Source: a virus (taxonomy: Duplodnaviria > Caudoviricetes). Taken from it: a DNA stretch of 33,053 bases. The position numbers were made by a program, and so were the translations under genes. The stretch lies in IMG/VR virus record IMGVR_UViG_3300037851_000900, positions 1 to 33,053 of that record; one strand, given 5' to 3'. The notes under the pieces were generated by a model. It was not told where the DNA came from, did no database searches, and saw only the letters and a list, made by a program, of their open reading frames with translations. This document shows, in pieces, positions 27,071 through 33,053 of this stretch (position 1 is its first letter; every line of letters begins with the position of its first letter).

Positions 27071-27202
27071 ATATTTTGATAGTTTATTTTGTTGCGGACC
27101 AAAACGGTACGGCTACCCGGACCAAAACGGTACTCTAGCCGGACCAAAACGGTACGGACAGAGGACCAAAACGGTACGCCGTCACGGATCGGCTGTGGAT
27201 AA
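27071..27202. other. Putative iteron-type replication origin: AT-rich tract, four iterons and a DnaA box
   Basis: AT-rich tract at 27071-27093. GGACCAAAACGGTAC at 27096, 27119, 27141 and 27163 (spacing 23/22/22). TGTGGATAA (reverse complement of TTATCCACA) at 27194-27202. Confidence 0.8.
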
Positions 27203-27220
27203 AAAAAAACAGCCACCCCC

Positions 27221-27249
27221 TTGCACATCTCCGCTGCCTCGGATAATAT
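27221..27249 (+). promoter_or_regulatory. Rightward sigma70-like promoter TTGCAC-N17-TAATAT
   Basis: -35 at 27221-27226 and -10 at 27244-27249, upstream of the first + strand gene. Confidence 0.55.
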
Positions 27250-27337
27250 CAATCACACGCGAGGACGTGCGCCGCCTGGCCAACCACACTCGCTGGGGTA
27301 TACACAGAACCGCCAATCTGCTATCGAGGGTAGTGAA

Positions 27338-27757
27338 ATGCCAATCGTAGCCACATCCACACCAACCCCAATTAACCAAACAAATCCCGAAGTCGGCCGC
27401 CAGCGCGACCCGCTAACGGCTAAATGGCTGGAGGCCATGTCTGTATGCGTTCTCCTCTCGAAAACAGGATGCACGCTGCTCGGCGCGCACGCGCATTCAG
27501 GTATCCCGGCGGTGATTGTCGACAGCAGACCGCGAGTTCCGGGCCTACGCGATGTAATGTCTCTCGCCTCCAACCATTGCGGCCAACAGAGTTATGCTGG
27601 ACGTATAGGGAACGTTCAGGTTTTGTGGGACGAGCCTGACAATGATACCGCAGCGTTCACAGCACGTATTAGGTCCGGGATTGAACAGCTATTCGACGGG
27701 CGCCAATTAACCAGTGTCGGCGCCGAATGCGGGCTGGCTTTAACTGAGTTATCCTGA
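27338..27757 (+). CDS. Hypothetical protein
   Basis: GAGG RBS before ATG 27338 (MPIVATS...). First ORF after the rightward promoter. No function recognised. Confidence 0.6.
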   Translation: MPIVATSTPTPINQTNPEVGRQRDPLTAKWLEAMSVCVLLSKTGCTLLGAHAHSGIPAVIVDSRPRVPGLRDVMSLASNHCGQQSYAGRIGNVQVLWDEPDNDTAAFTARIRSGIEQLFDGRQLTSVGAECGLALTELS

Positions 27758-27820
27758 TCGATTCAGCATCGTAGCCAATGCGTGCCATCGGTTATTCCCA
27801 TAAATGTCGAGGCGTATTCA

Positions 27821-28051
27821 ATGTCGTGGGATATTAATGAAATCCTACCATGTCCGCGAATGTCGATTTCGATTGACGTCATTGACGTGGTATTGGCAAT
27901 TATGCAGCAATTGCGTGTGCCGTATATGAGCGGTCCATATGGCGTTTCGCCTAAACGCAGACGCCAACTGTTGCACCGCGCACACTCGCGGCTATTCGGG
28001 ATCGATCCATCTGCCGCCGCCAACAGGCACGGATTTCGATATGGTATTTAG
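27821..28051 (+). CDS. Possible small basic hypothetical protein
   Basis: GAGG upstream of ATG 27821 (MSWDINEILP...), co-directional with its neighbours. No recognisable motif. Confidence 0.3.
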   Translation: MSWDINEILPCPRMSISIDVIDVVLAIMQQLRVPYMSGPYGVSPKRRRQLLHRAHSRLFGIDPSAAANRHGFRYGI

Positions 28052-28278
28052 CGGCATTGAACGATAGACCTAACGTCGTTCCAGACAGACAATTGATTCG
28101 ATGGCACTGCGTATTGATATAATGGGTCAATGGAATTGACTGATTGCTGTAGTGCATCCATAATCGGTCCGGTTAATAACCGTGCGTGCGCAGTATACAG
28201 CCATCGTGAGATTGCTATTATTCCAATAGCGGACATTGGATAAACCTGCCGAATCGATTCTGCCGGAGATGTAGCCCA

Positions 28279-28527
28279 ATGAATGAAAATTACGACGATT
28301 CGCCTAATAACGCCGATAGCAAATCATGGAGGCATTCGACTACGATATGGAGTGCTATAGTCAGCGTCATGTTGGGAATACTGCTGATTCTATTATCGGC
28401 GGTAGGCCTGGTCTCTCCGGAAATATTGGCAATCGGTCTCGCACAGATTGCTGCTGGGGTTGGTGCAATCCGCGGCCGTCTGAATGCTACCGAAACAATT
28501 GCATCCAATAGCAAACCCCTGAGATAG
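28279..28527 (+). CDS. Putative holin (two hydrophobic segments)
   Basis: GGAG RBS. KSWRHSTTIW followed by two TM-like stretches, 82 aa, upstream of the packaging genes as in Mu-like phages. Confidence 0.65.
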   Translation: MNENYDDSPNNADSKSWRHSTTIWSAIVSVMLGILLILLSAVGLVSPEILAIGLAQIAAGVGAIRGRLNATETIASNSKPLR

Positions 28528-28538
28528 GGGATCGGAAT

Positions 28539-28967
28539 ATGGATTCCGATCCGTCGTGGGTCAAATTAATTGTCGATGCCGGTCAGTTTTTATTGACTGG
28601 GATTGTTGGCGTTTATCTGCACCTAGAATTGCGTGACCGTGCGAGAGGGCATCAGGTTGACAGACTACGCCAGGAGATTGACAGACGTCTGGACGAGATG
28701 GCGGGCAGATTGGCGGCGCAGGAGGCAAAAATGGGATCGCTACCTACGCACGGTAGTTGCGCCGTACATCTGGAACGCCTAGCCGCAATCGAGGCGCGTG
28801 CCGCCAGTGCTCCTGGCGTTAGCGAATTCGTTCGTTTGCACGAGCGCATGGACGACCAGCTGGCGCAGGTAAACGCTATCGCTGGAGGGCTGTCGCGTGT
28901 TGAGAGCCTAATCGATACTCTGCACGATCATCTGTTGAATAGGCCTTTCACAATTCAGAAGTTATGA
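28539..28967 (+). CDS. Membrane-anchored coiled-coil protein (DUF2730/Mu gp25-like)
   Basis: N-terminal hydrophobic helix, then a coiled coil, LPT, and a terminal LHDHLL. Lies before the gp27-like gene. Confidence 0.65.
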   Translation: MDSDPSWVKLIVDAGQFLLTGIVGVYLHLELRDRARGHQVDRLRQEIDRRLDEMAGRLAAQEAKMGSLPTHGSCAVHLERLAAIEARAASAPGVSEFVRLHERMDDQLAQVNAIAGGLSRVESLIDTLHDHLLNRPFTIQKL

Positions 28968-29104
28968 ATCTGGTCGCGATTTTCCAATTCGAGATTTGGA
29001 TTATGGTTATCGTCCTCCTAATGTCCCAATTCAATTCAGGTAGGCGAGCAGATAATACAAATCGTCGATATTTCCGCGAGCGCGCTGCCAATGGGGCGCC
29101 GTAG
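28964..29104 (+). CDS. Possible 46-aa membrane peptide (below the ORF-track cutoff)
   Basis: ATGA overlap with the upstream stop. MNLVAIFQFEIWIMVIVLLMSQFNSGRR...GAP*, overlapping the next start. Confidence 0.35.
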   Translation: MNLVAIFQFEIWIMVIVLLMSQFNSGRRADNTNRRYFRERAANGAP

Positions 29105-29630
29105 CAAAATATACGAACTGCCCAGTGAGATTAGAACCGAGCTCGATAGCCGATTAATCGATAGGGGTTTTGGAGGTTATAGAGAGCTAGTTGGCTGGCT
29201 CTCTGAACGCGGTTACGATATACGTAAATCTACCCTCACTCGATATAGCCAACGTCTCGAAGAGGAGTACGCGGCAGCTCTATCTGATGTAATTCGAATC
29301 CAAAACCTAGCAGAGGCATATATGAATGCCAACCCGGATGAGCATTCCGCTCTCACTGGGGCTAGTGTGCGGATCGCACAGGATTCGCTATTGCGAATTG
29401 CAATAAAACTCCGTAACGTTAATGAGGATCCGATGGATATGGCGCGTGCAGTATCCAATATCAGCCGTGCTATTGCCGATCTCGGGCGCCTCGATATTCT
29501 CCGCGAGCGCTGGGTGATTGAGCAGAGACACGCTGGCGCCGCTGCCCTAGCGGAGCGCGCATCTGCTGAGGGTAATGTTGTCTCGACTGATCGCCTTCGA
29601 GAGATTGCCCGCGAAATATATGGGATCTAA
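29091..29630 (+). CDS. Mu gp27-like (DUF3486) putative terminase small subunit
   Basis: MGRRSKIYELPSEIR.ELD..L...GF.GY.EL..WL...GY.I.KS.L.RY, ending IAREIYGI. TAATG overlap with TerL. Confidence 0.88.
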   Translation: MGRRSKIYELPSEIRTELDSRLIDRGFGGYRELVGWLSERGYDIRKSTLTRYSQRLEEEYAAALSDVIRIQNLAEAYMNANPDEHSALTGASVRIAQDSLLRIAIKLRNVNEDPMDMARAVSNISRAIADLGRLDILRERWVIEQRHAGAAALAERASAEGNVVSTDRLREIAREIYGI

Positions 29631-31036
29631 TGGGCGAATTATTGCTACCGTATCAACGTGCCTGGATAGCCGATAAATCGCGATTTAAAATTGGTTTATG
29701 GGCGCGCCAAACAGGGAAAACGTGGAGCGCCACACTCGAATTAGTTTGGGATTGCGTTCAGGCCGAGTGGCGCGGTGCGCGGAGGCGTTGGGTCATTCTC
29801 TCTCGCGGGGAACGTCAGGCGCGAGAGGCAATGAACGAGGGAGTTCTCAGGCATTTGCAGGTGCTCGAAACAGTCCATCGCGCCGTTGAATACAATTGGG
29901 CTCCCGGTATAACAGCATATCAGGCCAGTTTGCCAGGCGGGTCGCGTATCACCGCCCTGCCAGCCAACCCAGATACGGCACGCGGGTTTTCGGCCTCGGT
30001 GCTGCTCGACGAGTTTGCGTTTCACCATGATAGCCGCCGCATCTGGCGGGCGCTGTTCCCGGTTATATCCGCTGGGCATAATCTGCGTGTGGTGAGCACA
30101 CCGAATGGCAAAAATAACCTGTTTTATGAATTGATGACATCCCCAGCTATGGAGAAAATATGGTCACGGCATGTGGTCAATATTCATCGGGCAATTGCAG
30201 ACGGATTGCCGCGGGACGTCGAGGAACTGCAACGCGGGATCGGTGACGACGATGCATGGCGCCAGGAATTCCTAATCGAATGGCTGGACGAAGCTAGCGC
30301 CTGGCTACCGTACGATCTCATTGACGGCTGCGAGGATGTGGGCGCAGGCAAAAGCGAACTCTATGCCGGCGGCCTCTGCTATCTGGGCATGGACATCGCC
30401 GCTCGCGGCGACCTCACGGTGATCTGGTGTCTGGAGCAGGTTGGCGATGTGCTCTGGGCGCGCGAGCGCGTTGAACTCGCGCGGGCCCCATTCGCCACTC
30501 AGTTAGCCGAAATATCCAGGCTCATGGGGCGCTATCGCATCGTGCGGGCGGCGCTGGATCAGACCGGCATGGGCGAGGGGTTGTTGCAGCAGGCTCAGCG
30601 TGAACACGGCACAACCAGAATTGTCGGCGTCCTATTTACCCCTGCCGCCAAACTCGATATGGCCAGCGCGCTAAAATGTCGCATGGAAGAGCGAACGTTG
30701 CGGCTGCCGCATGGGGATATTCAACTGCGCAACGATCTGCACAGCGTCAAACGCGCCATCGGCCCAACAGGCATTCCGCGATTGATCGCAGAGCGCGAGG
30801 GCGGCAGCCATGCCGACAGATTTTGGGCACTGGCCCTGGCGGTGTCGGCGGCTAGTGCCGGGGCTGCCAAATATGCATATCACCCGATGCGCCAGCGCCA
30901 GGAAACGGTCGGCACGCAATCCCTGGTCACTGGATCCGATCATCTGCGCAGTCGCCGTGCCGAGGACGTTGCGGCGGCCGCACAGCCGCATATCGGCGGC
31001 GCCCGCCACATTCTAAATCGGCGGGGAATATTCTAA
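29630..31036 (+). CDS. Mu gp28-like terminase large subunit (complete, copy 2)
   Basis: LLPYQRAW, Walker A ARQTGKT, Walker B VLLDEFAFH, VSTPNG, GMDIA and HADRFWALALA. Confidence 0.95.
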   Translation: MGELLLPYQRAWIADKSRFKIGLWARQTGKTWSATLELVWDCVQAEWRGARRRWVILSRGERQAREAMNEGVLRHLQVLETVHRAVEYNWAPGITAYQASLPGGSRITALPANPDTARGFSASVLLDEFAFHHDSRRIWRALFPVISAGHNLRVVSTPNGKNNLFYELMTSPAMEKIWSRHVVNIHRAIADGLPRDVEELQRGIGDDDAWRQEFLIEWLDEASAWLPYDLIDGCEDVGAGKSELYAGGLCYLGMDIAARGDLTVIWCLEQVGDVLWARERVELARAPFATQLAEISRLMGRYRIVRAALDQTGMGEGLLQQAQREHGTTRIVGVLFTPAAKLDMASALKCRMEERTLRLPHGDIQLRNDLHSVKRAIGPTGIPRLIAEREGGSHADRFWALALAVSAASAGAAKYAYHPMRQRQETVGTQSLVTGSDHLRSRRAEDVAAAAQPHIGGARHILNRRGIF

Positions 31037-32679
31037 TGCCCGATTCGACTATATTAGGCGCCGATGGGCGTCCCCTGCGGGTGCAGAGCCGCGCCTATAT
31101 GGCCAGGCCCTATGCCACAGCTACCACAACTGGGGTGCGCCAACCGTGGGACACGACCAGTATTGCGGACGGCCTGACTCCAGATTCTCTAGCCGCTGCC
31201 CTGAAGTCGGCAGATGCTGGGGACGGCTACAACTTCCTCACCATCGCCGCCGAGATCGAGCGGCGCGAGGCCCATTACCGCTCGGTGCTCGGAACCCGCC
31301 GCCAGGCGGTGCTGCGCCTACCGGTGACGGTTGAGAGCGCGAGCGACGATGCGGCTGACATGGCGCTCGCCGATGAGGTGCGCGCCCTGGTGCGCGGCCC
31401 CGGCTTCCGCCGGGCCTGCTCCTCCCTTCTGGACGCAGTGGGAAAGGGCTACGCCGTAGTTGAGATGGTCTGGGACACCGGGCGCACCCCATGGGCGCCG
31501 CGCGACCGCACCGAGGCGCGCACCGGAGAGGTCATCGCGGGCTATCGCTGGATCGACCCGCGTTGGTTCTCATGGCACCGCGAGCGACCGGATGAACTGC
31601 GTCTGCGCGATGCCGCCGCCCCTGTCGAAGGGTTGCCCCTGCCGCCCTACCGCTACCTGGTGCATGCCCCAGGGCTGCTCAGCGGTCACCCACTCAACAG
31701 CGGGTTGGCGCGCACCGCTGTTATCGCCTACATGGCCAAGAGCTTTGCGCTTGGCGACTGGTTGAGGTTCGCCGACACCTATGGCCTGCCCCTGCGGTTG
31801 GGTAAATACGGCCCCGATGCCAAAGAGGAAGACTTGGCTAAGCTGCTCGCGGCGATTGCTAACCTGGGTACCGACTGGGGGGCGGCAATTCCGGAGTCGA
31901 TGCGGATCGAATTGATCCAGGCTAGCGGTAGCGGCAGCGGTGCGGATGTTTTTGAGCGCCTAGCTAGGTGGGCAGACCAGCAGATATCCAAATTAGTTCT
32001 AGGCCAAATCGCCAGCAGCGAGGGCCAGCCCGGGGCGCTGGGTGGGAATCAGGCCCAGGACGAGGTTCGCCGAGATCTGCGCGACGCCGATGCGGCTGAC
32101 CTAGCCGAGACCCTAAATCGAGACCTAGTGGGCGCCTACCTAGCGCTCAATCATGGCGGCATGGATCCGGATGACGCTCCGCGCATCCTGATCGCAGAGC
32201 CGGACGCGGATGACCTCGCGGGCCTGGTCGATGCCCTGGCGCGCCTGGTCCCGCTCGGGCTGCGGGTCGAGCAGAGCATTATCCGCGATAGGTTGGGAAT
32301 ACCAGATCCATCGCCGCAGGGCGAACTGCTAGCCGCCGCTCCAGTCCCTGTTTCTGGAGAGCCGATACCTGTTGGGGCACCCGCGGCCAACAGAATCGCT
32401 CTGCACCGCGCCAGTGCGCTCGACTCGACCGACTATGCGGACCAACATACCGCGGCGCTGGAACGGGCGGCGGACGCTCCTGTGGATACATTGCTCGAGC
32501 CCATCCGCGCCGCCCTTGATGCCTCCCTCGCGTCAGGCGAAGACTTGGCTGACTTCGCCGAGCGCTTGCGGCGACTATACCCGGATCTGCCTAGCGAGGA
32601 ATTCGCCGCCGTAATGGGCGAGGCCGTGTTCGCCGCTGATCTAGCCGGGCGCTATGACGTTATGCAGGAGGGTGCATGA
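31036..32679 (+). CDS. Mu gp29-like portal protein (DUF935 family), copy 2
   Basis: 547 aa, intact and highly similar to 642..2288. Confidence 0.92.
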   Translation: MPDSTILGADGRPLRVQSRAYMARPYATATTTGVRQPWDTTSIADGLTPDSLAAALKSADAGDGYNFLTIAAEIERREAHYRSVLGTRRQAVLRLPVTVESASDDAADMALADEVRALVRGPGFRRACSSLLDAVGKGYAVVEMVWDTGRTPWAPRDRTEARTGEVIAGYRWIDPRWFSWHRERPDELRLRDAAAPVEGLPLPPYRYLVHAPGLLSGHPLNSGLARTAVIAYMAKSFALGDWLRFADTYGLPLRLGKYGPDAKEEDLAKLLAAIANLGTDWGAAIPESMRIELIQASGSGSGADVFERLARWADQQISKLVLGQIASSEGQPGALGGNQAQDEVRRDLRDADAADLAETLNRDLVGAYLALNHGGMDPDDAPRILIAEPDADDLAGLVDALARLVPLGLRVEQSIIRDRLGIPDPSPQGELLAAAPVPVSGEPIPVGAPAANRIALHRASALDSTDYADQHTAALERAADAPVDTLLEPIRAALDASLASGEDLADFAERLRRLYPDLPSEEFAAVMGEAVFAADLAGRYDVMQEGA

Positions 32680-32918
32680 ACCAATATCCCAACGACAATG
32701 CGACTGGCGGGCAGTGGAATGCCTATTGCGAAATGGCTATAAGTCATGAGGACTATCTAGAGCGCCTAGCACGAGTCCCCTACCATCTGCAGACGGACGT
32801 AATTCGCCACTGCCAGACAGTGGCAGCCCTGCGCGAACTGAATAACAGGCGCATTGACCATCGGCATACACGGCGCAAACGCAGCGGGCATACCGATATG
32901 AGATGGACCGGTGGCTGA
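32676..32918 (+). CDS. Small hypothetical protein between portal and MuF, copy 2
   Basis: Homologue of 2285..2518 with a different C-terminal tail. Confidence 0.7.
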   Translation: MNQYPNDNATGGQWNAYCEMAISHEDYLERLARVPYHLQTDVIRHCQTVAALRELNNRRIDHRHTRRKRSGHTDMRWTGG

Positions 32919-33053
32919 ATACGGTTCCCTGCCATTCGCCGAGCAGATAGCCTACTTCAAGGGCAAGCTGAATCTGCCCACTGCGCGCTGGGACGATATC
33001 CGCGGCGCCGCCCATGACCGTGCCTTTATCGTCGCTGGGGCGGCCAAGGCCGA
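32911..33053 (+). CDS. MuF head morphogenesis protein, 5' fragment (copy 2, truncated by the window end)
   Basis: GTG GCT GAA TAC GGT TCC... matches the start of 2522..4036. Confidence 0.88.
   Translation, partial: MAEYGSLPFAEQIAYFKGKLNLPTARWDDIRGAAHDRAFIVAGAAKA

Larger units (their letters stand above)
30395..33053 (+). repeat. Long diverged direct repeat, copy 2 (copy 1 at 1..2664)
   Basis: Collinear homology with 1..2664 at an offset of ~30.39 kb. Confidence 0.97.

Noticed and set aside
27096-27177. Four exact repeats as a mini CRISPR array
   Set aside because: The repeats are 15 bp with 7-8 bp spacers, far too short, and there are no cas genes. An iteron interpretation fits better.
26926-27252. 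108-aa minus-strand ORF (and 26862..27350 on the plus strand) as a Rep protein
   Set aside because: They run through promoters, iterons and dinucleotide runs and have no recognisable DNA-binding domain. At most a remnant.
1-33053. Diversity-generating retroelement or invertible tail-fibre system as the explanation for the diverged repeat
   Set aside because: No reverse transcriptase or invertase is visible, the differences are not confined to template adenines, and the repeat covers terminase and portal genes.
30395-33053. True phage direct terminal repeats or a simple circular overlap
   Set aside because: Those would be identical, whereas these copies differ at many positions and begin and end mid-gene.
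1-33053. tRNA, rRNA, IS elements and host chromosomal genes
   Set aside because: None recognised by eye. The ssb gene sits in a phage recombination context. A tRNAscan/Rfam run would be needed to exclude small RNAs.

Overview
The window looks like one complete ~30.4 kb unit of a tailed phage, plus ~2.66 kb of overlap. Positions 1-2664 recur at 30395-33053 as a clearly diverged, more AT-rich copy (terminase 3' end, portal, small ORF, start of MuF). The + strand carries one long morphogenesis and lysis transcript with Mu-like head and packaging genes: DUF2730-like, DUF3486/gp27 TerS-like, gp28 TerL, gp29 portal, gp30/MuF, G, protease I, major head T, gp36 and gp37. It also encodes an M15 endolysin, a collagen-repeat protein and a sheath-less (sipho-type) tail. 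The - strand (26.9 to 21.5 kb) carries a lambdoid-style replication and recombination operon: AAA Sak4-like ATPase, SSB, XRE HTH, lambda-O-like initiator, P-like partner and VRR-NUC. I could recognise no transposase (MuA/MuB), integrase, CI-type repressor or ParA/ParB. Instead, the gap between the two divergent promoters holds a plasmid-like origin: four 15-bp iterons at 22-23 bp spacing, a perfect DnaA box, an AT-rich tract and an inverted repeat. The main hypothesis is a non-transposable, possibly extrachromosomal (phage-plasmid-like) element that uses Mu-type packaging. A second candidate system is a MuF protein with an HExxH C-terminal extension paired with a convergent small gene. All family assignments come from recognising motifs by eye, not from database searches.
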